Shown here: one piece after another, positions 38,881 to 49,747 of the stretch
Position numbering within the stretch: position 1 is the stretch's first letter
How the letters are laid out: every line of letters starts with the position of its first letter
Origin: Oopsacas minuta
Taxonomy: Eukaryota > Animalia > Porifera
Reading direction: 5' to 3'
Assembly (NCBI GenBank): GCA_024704765.1
Contig: JAKMXF010000332.1
Location: 797,995-861,994, forward strand
DNA length: 64,000 bases
Translations under genes and position numbers: made by a program
The notes under the pieces: generated by a model
The model's database searches: none
The model's input: the letters and a program-made list of their open reading frames with translations, nothing else
Told to the model about the DNA's origin: nothing

Positions 38881-39075
38881 AATGAAATTATCTAACGAAT
38901 GGTATAAATTTATATATCTACTTCTATCATTATAAATGCACCAGCATTCCAGTGACCACTTGTCGTAATGTGGTTTCGAAACTTATCTAATCACATTCAA
39001 TTCAGCAGCTTGGGTAACTATGGTTGAAATGATAATGCGTATCTATAAATATGACATACCAATAATCCTAATGCA

Positions 39076-39108
39076 GCGCATGCGCTACTCAAAATGCAGC
39101 GCATGCGC
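39076..39108. promoter_or_regulatory. Two GCGCATGCGC palindromes (39076-39085 and 39099-39108) in the right TIR
   Basis: 23-bp tandem duplication aatgcagcgcatgcgctactcaa. Confidence 0.8.
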
Positions 39109-39124
39109 TACTCATTTTTAAATA

Positions 39125-40497
39125 CAGTGCGTTCGGAAATTATTGGCAGTGAATTTGATTTGGTTCCATTCAATATCTATGTTAAGAATGATCAAAATCA
39201 TATGATTTCTAATAATTCGGTACTCTCTCAAATAGAATATACATGAGTAACTAACATATAGCTAATAATTTATCTTCTTACCTCCACCTTTGATGCATAA
39301 CCGAATTCTTTTGTCCATTGATAGACAAAATGGCTTTAAAAATTCAGGGTCAAATGTGTTCCATATCTCCAAAATAGCTTCTTTCAACTCATTTGAGCTA
39401 GTAAATCTCTTTTTGAGGAGTCTCTTCTTTAGTACAGCCCAAAGATTTTCAATTGGGTTCAGATCGGGGCTATTGGAGGGCCAGTCAATCGGATGTGGGA
39501 CAAATTCCTGTTTCCAAGCCTTTGCTGCATTTCCTGTATGTATAGGACTGTTATCTTCCTGTAATATCCATTTATTTCCGTATAAAGCATTAGCTTCTTG
39601 TATAAGACACTCATTTAGAACTGTTTTGTATCGTTCCTGGTTGAAGTTTTCGGTAAAAACTTTGAGGTTTGTTTTGCGCATTACCGAAATACCACCCCAA
39701 ATATGTAGCTTCGCTGGATGTTTGAAAGTTGGCAGGTTAATGGGCTGTCCTTTCTTTGTCCATACATATATCTTTCCTGAATTCATCCATATAGAGGATT
39801 CATCAGTAAAGAACACTTTAGACCAGTTCTGACCCCTCATTCGTTTACACCATTCCATTCGTTTAGTAATATGGAGTTGTGACAAGGCTGGAATTCTTAC
39901 TGCCTGGTGATATTGTAAGCCTCTCCTCTTCATTTCCTCCGATAGTGTGCTTTTGGCAACTGGAGTACTCAATTTTGATCAACATTCATTCAGAGTGATC
40001 CTTGGATTGTGTTGAACGAGTGCCATAATCCTATTCCTATCAGACTTGTGCAATATTTGAGGTCGACCTGCTCCTTTCTTATGAGTCAAGCTCTTTTTGT
40101 CAGAAATAGACTTCAAAACACGATATACTGTCCGCTCTGGTATAGCTAGTCGTCTTGATATTTCAGTCGCTTTTGTTATCCCAGCATCAAAGAGTTCCTT
40201 TATTCTGATTCTATTCTTTTCCTGAGCCTTCATACCAAAATTGTGGAAAAATATTGTTAGTGAAAGTCGGAAAATATGGGTCTAAAATGTGTGAACAAAA
40301 ATAATAAGCACATATTTAATGTCAAAGATCATTTGGGATAGATAAGGCAGAAAATTAGAATGTCAGTGGATCTATACATTATATTTCGAGTATATTATAT
40401 GTTGCTATAACTTAGACGTCGTAAATAAGGTTGTTTTAGAATATTTATAAAGGATAATGAAAATAGTATTTACTGCCAATAATTTCCGAACACACTG
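39125..40497 (-). mobile_element. Tc1 (DD34E) element; transposase 40233-39262 with a single in-frame TGA at 39979-39981
   Basis: 30-bp TIR cagtg(c/t)gttcggaaattattggcagt(g/a)aat; flanks TA and TG; FTDES and QEDNSPIH-(34)-PIEN motifs. Confidence 0.95.
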
Positions 40498-40599
40498 TGT
40501 AAGATTTAGTAGGTTTTATTGAAGTATATTTACTTCTTCGATAAACACGATAAATACATAGTTATGGAAAAATAAAATCCTTTCTTTGGAAACGAGCAA

Positions 40600-40655
40600 A
40601 CAAACAGATAAACAAACAGACAGACAGACAGAGAACAATTAATATTAATAGTATA
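40600..40655 (-). repeat. (CAAA/CAGA)n microsatellite preceded on the minus strand by tatactattaatattaat, resembling a Lep1-type Helitron 5' end
   Basis: Visible microsatellite; no matching 3' CTAG end identified. Confidence 0.3.
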
Positions 40656-40859
40656 CATTGATGTTGAAGAGAATATTGAAATGATATTTGCAATAGTTAA
40701 ATGAAAATTCTGCTTAATTCCTTGTTTAGATCAACTAAAATATGTAATTACCAATAAACATCACCGCGTGGTCATAATATACTGACTCAGGCTTTTGACT
40801 AAAAGTTTATTGGCTATCTCGTGCTAGTTACCGACTTATCCAATCATCAAATTGCTTAA

Positions 40860-42620
40860 TCATAAAACACGAAAGGAATATATGGAAAATTAAATTCTAT
40901 CGGATTAAAGAATGAGTACTTAAACGTTCTAAGGGTGATTTCCGCAACATTTTACTAAAAAGACCGCCACCTAATTGATTAAATGAATGAATTACATATC
41001 CAAAGTGATTTAAGCTATAAAGGTGTGAAAATAGTCGGTTCTATCGATAACCCTGAAGATCCTCCTACTACTGTATTTCTATTATGGTTTCAAGCACAAA
41101 GAAATACTCGAACATTGTTCGTTTGATATCACTTCGTCAGCACAACTATTTTTTCCCATTATCAAACATATCATTTCCGATAGTGAGGCTTGTAACTTAT
41201 TCGTTGAATCTCTATGTACTAATAATTATCCTTTATATGTTAACTTAATTAAATTATTTTGATGTATAGAAAAATTGCAACTATTAGTTACACATCCTTG
41301 TACCCTGTTTGACATTGTTCACATTATAAAATGCATCAGTAATAATTAGTTGAATTTGGTGGATTATGAAAACACCTTTGCATTTCTTCGTTCCCGATTG
41401 TGATGAGGGTTGTTCAAATTATGTATCTTCAACTAAAAGTTTCAGCGTTTCTAACCCTATCAAAAATATTTTTGTCACCACAAGAAAACCCATCGAAATA
41501 TCCTAGAGTTTGCAGCTACTTTCGAGGATTTAGACGATAATATAAATCATACATTTCCAATGTCCTAAAGAGGGCTCCTAGGCTAACTTCTAAAGCTTGT
41601 TGGCCATACAAAATTAGAAAAAATGTAAGTTAGCACTTAGGAAATTTCATAATCTACATATTGTGGACTGAAAGCATTCAATATTGATATAAAATTATTG
41701 AGAATTATCAGAGAATTCATGAGTTCCTAAAAAATAACTAATATATGGGATATTTTATGTTAACTGGGTTGGGAAAAAATATAATTCCAATAATGATTAC
41801 TGTGCTCCATTGTGCTCAAACAATTCGCGTATAGAGATTATTGCGCAGGTAGCAAATTGGTTAAAGTGCTGGAATACTCTACCTGGTAAATTTGGAAAAT
41901 AACACCGCAAACTTTTATGAGCTTTAGGCATTGTTATATGGCATTCCCATTGATAGTTAATCGACTCACAAGTGATTACAATTCCAATACTCGTTAACTG
42001 TTAGAATTCAAAGTGACCCTTTAGAACATTACTTCTGACTCTATAAACAAATATCTGACAACCACTACCATAAAACCTATACTCAAATAATAGAGTGAAA
42101 GAACACTACAACTATCAAATATTCTAAAAATGTTTCCTCTAAAATTATCATCTGGAGAGGGTCCAATATCATTGAAAATTATTTGAATACGTTTGTCAAA
42201 ATGGTTAGTGATCAAAACATAATTTCTGATCAATTACAATTGCTCAAAATTTATTCCCGATAATCAGATAAGTCCATCACAACTTGAATGCCTTACTATG
42301 TTGCTGGTTGTGCCGTGTTTTCGTACATGAAAAATTAAATAAATGCACCAATTGTTACAATTTCTTACGATTGACAAACAGATAGAACTGTTCAATGATG
42401 TTGCTTATCAATATATACTTGTAGATTTATTAGATAGAGCTTCACTTATTTCCATCGCTTATAGTTATTGATCGTGTGAATATTTGCTACAAGCCTTTAT
42501 GAAGATAGACACCTAAGAAATTCTATATACAATCTATAATGCTGGCCCATGTCGAAGTGTATTAGTGCGAATAATTATGTCAACTATTAGAGAGAAACAT
42601 ATTGGAAAATGGAGAGAATT
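40860..42620 (+). pseudogene. Decayed P-element/THAP9-like transposase (catalytic region to C-terminus)
   Basis: ELHIQSDLSYKG..IVGSIDNPEDP; NLFVESLCTNNYPLYVN; LFDIVHIIKCISNN*LNL; RIQSDPLEHYF*LYKQISDNHY; YYVAG; LDRASL. Confidence 0.8.
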
Positions 42621-43284
42621 ATGTGATTGTAAAGTATAGTGATGGGATATTTTAAATAAAATAGTAATGACTGTTTCAAATTGTATTCTCTTCAGGAGTA
42701 TTATTTTAATGCATTAGTTGCGAATTCAGAAAATAAAAAGCGTATCAAATTTAGAAACTAATTCATACTTATCTCTTATAGCTGATCTGATGAAACTCAA
42801 AATACCCTCACATAATTCCTACATAATTTACCTCAGTACAATCAAGATTCCATGCAAGGTATGTATACGTGTACAGTACACTATATCTTTATGTGTACTT
42901 ACTTTCATTAAATATATTACATAGATGTGTACTTACCTCATTCAATATACTAGATGTACGATTTAGTCTACCTACTAACTAACCTCTTTCAGACTTACCA
43001 ACCCTTCGTTGATAATTCCCTGGATTGAAATCTTAAAATCCCTGGATTTTAACAATTTCCCTGGATTTACGGGCCCAATAGTTGAATATATAAAATACAC
43101 TTTATATTCTCCCATTTAGAATAATTCTAATATTTATTTATACCTATAAGTAATAACAGGGTCTACACTGTGGCTTTCGGCCCTCGATTGGGTGAAAAGC
43201 TACATAAAAAATTCGAAAGTAGTTTACTTTTCAAGAAGTAGCAATAATCTATAAAAGTATAGTTATAAATGATATCTAAAATAT

Positions 43285-46200
43285 TCAATTCTCCTTTTCA
43301 AGGCTTTTCCGGGTAGCTTTCTTGGCAATCTCGATCAATTCTTCAGAAATAAGATCCTGACTTAAGTAACAAGCTGTATCGTGATCCATCTTTATATTGA
43401 GCAGATCACATGTTGTGGATGGGCTCAATAAAGAACGGGAATCAGTCCCAATTTTTTTAACCATGCTGAATAAACGTTCTGGATCAGCATTTGAATGCGG
43501 TAGGGTGAGAAGTATCTTTGAAAGTTTTGATAAGTTAGAGTAAGCAAGAGGGGAATCAGAAAGATCTACTGAAGTAACCACTTCTAACCTGCTCATTGCT
43601 GACCAGAAATGGTCAATAGCAGCTATATCTGTTGGGTTATATGCAGTGGCGTAACGATGTCTAGTGCCGCTGGGGGCACATGCTCTAAACGCCGCCCCCT
43701 AAAACGTAACTTTATGAGTAATTATCCTCAACAACTCCTGGGAATGGTGTTGTTTGAAATTTCCCTTCCCCCTTCCCTGGTTCATTAAATACCATGATTA
43801 GATATTGTTTACAAAATATGTGATTACGCACATATGTTTTAACTTTTAACCCAAAATACAAAAATACTACCGCTTCGGCTCGTTAGTAGCTCTTTTTCAC
43901 AGCCTGATCTTTCGTGCTTTTAGTCTCGCAAACTTATCGATCACATGGGTGAAGTCAGTTGCCTCAGTAAGACCTCTTTCGATTGACAAAAGAGCAAGAC
44001 TTGACAGCCGCTCTTGTCCCATGGTTGAGCGAAGGTAGGTTTTGATGAGCTTCAGTTTTGAAAAGCATCTCTCGCAAGATGCCACACTCACACACATGGT
44101 TAGGAATGTCCTCAGCATTATCAGTAGGTTAGGGAACGACATTTGGTGATACCACTACACTAACCACTGAAGCAGGTCGAGCGAATTCCAATGCCCCACC
44201 ATCTCTCCTGTTTGCATCTCGAAACTTCTAATGTGCCGACGCACACGACGGACCTCATTCTTCAAATTTTCAGCAGATATATCGAAGTAAATAGCAGTGA
44301 GCAGTTCAATTGCCGAGTCGATGTCCTTGTCCTTGTTAGAATCCATTAAGAGCTCCATCTTGGTCAGAAATCCGAACTTGGCGTTTACGTCTATCATATG
44401 GCTAGTTCTCCGTTTAATCTCCCCATGTAATGTATCCATTATCTGAAGCTGCTCTCGTGCAACCTCCTCTTGCAATGACAAACTAACATCATCTGCATCT
44501 TCCCCCATCATCTTCTTTCTCCGCCGTACCCTTCTTTCCGTCGGAATCCCATTTCCCTCACAGAATGATACAGCCTTTATCTTTGCTGATTCAACTATAT
44601 TCTCCCGTTCCTCAAAACAAAAGATTACAAGGGCTCCAAGCTTGGTAGCACAAAAGTCCAGTCCCAGGCCAGGAGTTTGGAGAAGATTTGAGTATCGTTG
44701 ATTTCCTTAAGTACAGGATTCCAGAAGTTCAGATAGGCTAAGAAGATGTAGGTTAAGTGCTAGACAGCATGATATTTGCTTCCGAGCGCGCGATAGCCGT
44801 CCCGTGACTACTGTCCCGGAGTCGTTCCAATGCATCAATAATAGATTCAAACTCGATATTATTACATCAACAGCATCATCTCTTGAGCTCCATCTTGTTT
44901 CGCATGTCCTTTTAATAGTCCTTCCTGGAACATGCTGTTTAAATACTTCCTATCGGTGAGTTGATGTCGAGAAGAAAGCAAAGAGACGATCCAGCGTATC
45001 AAAGAAGGTGATGGCATTAAATGAAGCTTGCGCAGAGTGTACTCCAGCTAGGTTCAAAGAGTGATTGTTACAGGGAATGTATATAGCGAGTTTATTCACA
45101 TCAAGAATTCTGCGCTGCACACCACTATGGATACCGGCCATCGTAGTAGCGTTGTCGTACCCTTGTCCCAGCATGTCTTGGACATTAAGATTGTCTTCCT
45201 TTAACTTGGCCAAGATTAGATTTGTCAGTGCTTCAGCCCCCTTCTTCTCAAACTTAATTAAACAGAGGAATGTTTCCTTCACCTCAACATTTCCACTAGA
45301 GATTTTCACATATCTCAGTACTTGTGACATTTGATCGTCATGAGCAAGATCTGGGGTACTATCAAACATAATCGAGTAGTACTTTGCCTCCCGAACTTCC
45401 TCAAGAATCTTTTCCAACACATGTTGACCGAGAATAGAGATAAAATCATTCTGTATCGCTGGGGAGAGATACGAAAGAGTGTTTGGTTGGGATTGGATAC
45501 GAGTGAGATGTTCTCGTACTACCGGATCGTAGTTGCCAAGGAATTTCACAAGCTCAAGGAAGCTTCCTGTATTCTCGGTAGATGACAGAGCCTCTCTGTG
45601 ACCTCGGAATTCGAGATTTTACAGAGAGAGGAAGCAAATGCAGTCGAGAATTCTCTTTAGAATATTCCGCCACTTGGACACACTATTATTCAGGGATTTT
45701 TGGTTCTCGGCGTCTATCTTTGCACTCTTTTCAAGGCCCATGCAAAGCTCGCCCACTGTAAACAGGAGTTATCGTGACCTGCTGAGTCTTCATGTGCATG
45801 AACACGCGGATTTAACTTGCTCCAGTCTCCAAATCCAATAGCTGTTCCGAAGGCGCTTGATGTATTGCCGAACAGACGGCAACAAAAGCACTGGAGACAA
45901 TTCATCAAAGGCGAGTACACTGGCCATGTGCGTAGAAGCTGCTCCCCCGTTGTCTAGAGTTCTGTAAAACCAACTGCGATTCATGCTTCTACTTTTATTT
46001 GCGTTGTTTTGGAAGAGTGGGAAGGATCCATCTTTGTTCTGGAGACCGAGGGGTCCTCTATGAACAATCTCCACTCGTAATGCGTCTGGGATAGAAGTGG
46101 GCCAGGTTCCAATGTCTTGGAAGAAGTTTCCCTTGGATGAGTGCCGCTTTCGCACTCGTGTATAGTTTCGGATGGATCCGGATCACTCCTGGTTCCAATA

Positions 46201-48358
46201 TCACTCTCTACACTTCCATTATCTTCTAATGGCGGATCAGGGATCACGCGTTCTTGACCAGTATTTTGGGGTGGATGTTGTACAGGGACTAGAAAACGTT
46301 GCAATTCAACAGCTCCTATCTTGTTTTGTGCGTCGCACTCTTTGCGTTGACGTTTGTAACCAGCCCCGCTCCGGCGGGAGCGAACCTTTGCACGATTGGA
46401 GTTCATCTCATATACAAATAGTACTATATTTAACATATAATATTATTATATATCGGTTAGCACTCACAACTGCTATCTATTATACGATTGTAGATAATTA
46501 ACCAGTTTAAACAATGGTTTAATCAAGAGGGGTGGATTAAAACTTTAAAGAGACAACCCTGGTTAGAACAGATATAAATTATCATGGAGGGATTACATGA
46601 GATTTATCATATTTGTGTGGCCAATATGTCAAAATGCCGCCCCCAGAAAGTGCCGCTGGGGGCACGTGCCCCCATTGCCCCCGAGTCGTTAAGCTACTGG
46701 TTATATGATGGAAGCTGATTATCTGGTGTAATCTTATAAGCAACAAACTCTTGAATTATTTGGCCAATTTCCTCAGAAGTAATAGTCATGAATTGTTTAC
46801 AGAGGCGTGTAATGGATTGGATACAACAATGTGTACGATTACGAGGATTAAGAAACGCTAAGTCGCTTAATGTATCGTTCCTGTGAGGGAACTTAGCGAG
46901 CATTTTGAAACAACAGTCTCATAAAACCAGCGAACACTATCGTAGAACCCGTCACCCATTAAGGTGTCATGTATTTCATCTTCAAACTCTGAAATAAGAT
47001 CTAAAGTGTCATTTCCAACAACTAGTCTATTTCTAGGTAACAGGTTCACTTTGTTACGATAGTCAATGGCTAGAATTTCAGTATAGCGATAATTACTTCA
47101 GGTTGTACAAAATTAGCTAAATAACCACGAAGAAGTAATAGTGTATCTTCTTTTATGGCACCGATGCGGCTAGCATGAGTTTGAAATAGTATAGTAAATT
47201 TGTTGAGTGGCTAAAGAGCGAAGTGTGCAAATGTACAAATTAATTTACCTTCAAACTATTTAAAGAGTCAGCGACTCTTTTAATACGGTTGTTTTTCGGT
47301 TCTATATCCATTTGCCTGTCAAAATATGCTCTCAAGGCTGGCCACGGTTTAAGCAAGCGTTTGAGGCACCTAAGTAGGCTCAACTACCTGGTTGTGCAGT
47401 GCTTCAAAACTCTCACGGGTTTGATTTCCTCAAACTCAGCTTGGATCACAGAAATTCTTCCCATCTCTTAGCACTATATTTGAAGTGGTAAAAACATCAA
47501 TAAGTAAAACATCCACAGATATAGGGAGAGACTTTAGTACAGCAGCACCAACCAAGTGAGCTAAGTTGCACAAGCACCCGAGACTGAACATGCGTGGTTG
47601 CTTTTCACCTATTCGACTGAGTACTGAGTTACGCGCTCCAACCATAACGTTTGCGGTATCTGACGCAAATCCGATCACATTTTCCCAAGGAAGATTACGT
47701 TCCTCGAAAACAGTGCTTAGAGCATCAAATAGATTTTGAGCTGTTGCAATACTACAAATTGGCATTGCCAGAAATCGTGTCATAGCTTGGTTGTTTCTAT
47801 TGCACCAATATCTCACCAGGACAGTAAAATATTTATGATCTGTCATATCGTTTCCGCCATCACAAAGGATTGAAAATGGTTCAGAGCGGCATTTATCGTT
47901 GACCATATTTCTAAGAGATGGAGCCAAAGCGTGAGTGATAATGGCTGTTGCTTTTGTTCGGGCACATGAATAAGATTGAGCAATGTGGCTATCAGGAAAC
48001 ATAACTTTAGTCAAAGGAGTGAGGTGGTCTGCGACGAGGAACGGCAAATTATGTTCTGCGACAAATAAGGAGAAATATATTTCTGCTGACATAACTTGTT
48101 TGTTCAAGGGGTTCAAAGATGCCGCAGCCACTAGTGCAGTAGAAATAGAAGGTTGTTCATCTACTTGACCTAGCAAACTTTTATGTTTAGCTGTCTTTCG
48201 GTGACGATCTACTTCATGTTTCCCACCACCAGAAATACAAATATCAACTTGGAAATCGTACAAAATGCAAAACCAACACCCTTCTTGCTTGGTTTCATTC
48301 TAACGCTGCCCCACTCTTCCTTGTATCTACATAATATCTTTGGCCTCTTTACAGTCAT
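43285..48358 (-). pseudogene. BED-finger hAT transposase of the outer element, split by the nested insertion
   Basis: AFCT..VDICISGGGKHEVDRHRKTAKH; LFVAEHNLPF; SCARTKATAI; LCDGGND; HCTTR*LSL; LPHSNADPERLFS. Removing 43644-46699 plus one TSD restores ...LPSYNPTDIAA.... Confidence 0.9.
43644..46699 (-). mobile_element. Nested ZMYM1/TTF-finger (Tip100-type) hAT element; transposase pseudogene ~46406-43897
   Basis: TIR cagt(g/a)gc(g/t)taacga (12/14 match); perfect 8-bp TSD GTTATATG; CFCCRLFG, FRGHRE, YLSPAIQN, MFDSTPD, GQGYDNA and SVASCERCFSKLKLIKTYLRS motifs; several stops and frameshifts. Confidence 0.95.
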
Positions 48359-49747
48359 ATAGATATAGTAAATTCAAAAAAACCTAAAAAGAATAAAATA
48401 TAGGCTCAATGAATATCAGGAGAATAATAAACTGTAATCAAGTCAGATTTCTGAATGAAACCATACTCCATATTAAAAACTGAAATCAGAAAACAAAACA
48501 TATCGTAAATATTACAAATCCAAAAAGAACCAGTACCATTACCAGTACGTCTGAGGAGAAGCTTAGAACTCCCTGACAAATCATCCAGGGAAATCCCTGA
48601 ATCATTTTACTTCTCACTTATAAACCAGTTTGGAAGTCACCATTATGGAGTTGTTCGGATATAATTCGTATAGCTTATATGCATAGGCATATCGGAGATA
48701 TTATATAACTCAACAAGGACCCGTACGTCTGAGAAGGAGCTTGTAACTCCCTAACTAAAGATCCAGGGAAATATCTGGATGATCCAAGGAAATCTCTGGA
48801 TCTTTTTTAGGTTATATATAATCTAGTTCTGAAGAATAACTTATTGATTGTTATGTAACACTTATAGTTATTGACAACGTAGTTGAAAATTCACAATTTA
48901 CCCGGTCGATACAAACTTTCGAATCCCTCGATTTTCCAGTAAATCCCTGGATCCCTGGATCAGAGGTTAAATCCCGGGGTAATCCAGAGATCCATGGAGG
49001 GTTGGCAAGTCTGCTCTTTAATCATTAAAGTTACAAGATGTCATTCTGTACTTAACCTCATTATTCATTACAATTGAAGATACTATATTTGCTTTTCTTG
49101 GTGTTTAATTTTGTTTTTGTGATTGTTGAACTGCTGATTGGTTGTAATTTTACCCTAGAATGTCAATAAAAATCTATTATAATCTCAAGTTTAGTGTAGG
49201 TGGTTAGATTGGGTAATATTGGGTTAACATAGTCAAGAACGAAGTCTGATCCTACGATTTTTGCAAATTAGGATGATATATTGATACTAACCACAATTTT
49301 ACAAAATCTACATTGAACGGTATTAACCCATACATAGGACATACAGTGCCAGTGCCATAGTGTATTTGAATTCTATATTCCCCTCTAACTTTATGGATCG
49401 TTTCCATTTCTCTGACAGCTTATCTATGTATTGGGCATAGAATTCTGGTGGAATAGTCCCTCTTGCTAAACGAGCATTTGGTCCCCTGAAAAAAGCTTTG
49501 GAGCACAACTCGTCACAACTTATGACATTTCTAGCTCATCTTTGATAATTTTATGAATGATTGATTTTTGGAACCCAGTCGTCTCTTCTAACTCCATGAC
49601 TGTTACACGTCTCTTTTTCTTCGAAAATCCAATCTATTAACCGAATATTATCCTGGGTACTTAACGATTTAGGCCGACATAGAGTTTATTATTCAGTTGT
49701 ATCACAGTCATCTTCAAAATCTCTAGCCATCTATAAATGGTTGGTAG

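Larger units (their letters stand above)
33786..39117. mobile_element. Two-gene KDZ (Kyakuja-Dileera-Zisupton, HMGXB3-like) DNA transposon with TIRs, ~5.3 kb
   Basis: Left tttaaaagtgagtagcgcatgcgctacatt (33781-33810) versus reverse complement of the right end tttaaaaatgagtagcgcatgcgctgcatt (39093-39122): 28/30 match. TTAA/TTTAAA at both boundaries. Encloses exactly two convergent spliced genes. Confidence 0.9.
42990..49013 (-). mobile_element. hAT element with a 6-bp flanking duplication, carrying a nested hAT
   Basis: TIR cagactt(a/g)ccaaccct; CTCTTT at 42984-42989 and 49014-49019; subterminal (A/T)TCCCTGGA repeats at both ends. Confidence 0.88.

Noticed and set aside
33786-39117. Kolobok identity (TTAA flanks, two genes)
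   Set aside because: The catalytic motifs (SPG...C.H...YG, IYDNAC, DRFH..NH..C, NSQ.CEQ) are KDZ/HMGXB3-type; I saw no Kolobok-type motifs or THAP domain.
39290-39832. 180-aa plus-strand ORF; likewise 54159-54500, 18316-18618, 45065-45334, 46172-46501 and 57326-57568
   Set aside because: Antisense shadows of transposase or Myb genes with no independent motifs.
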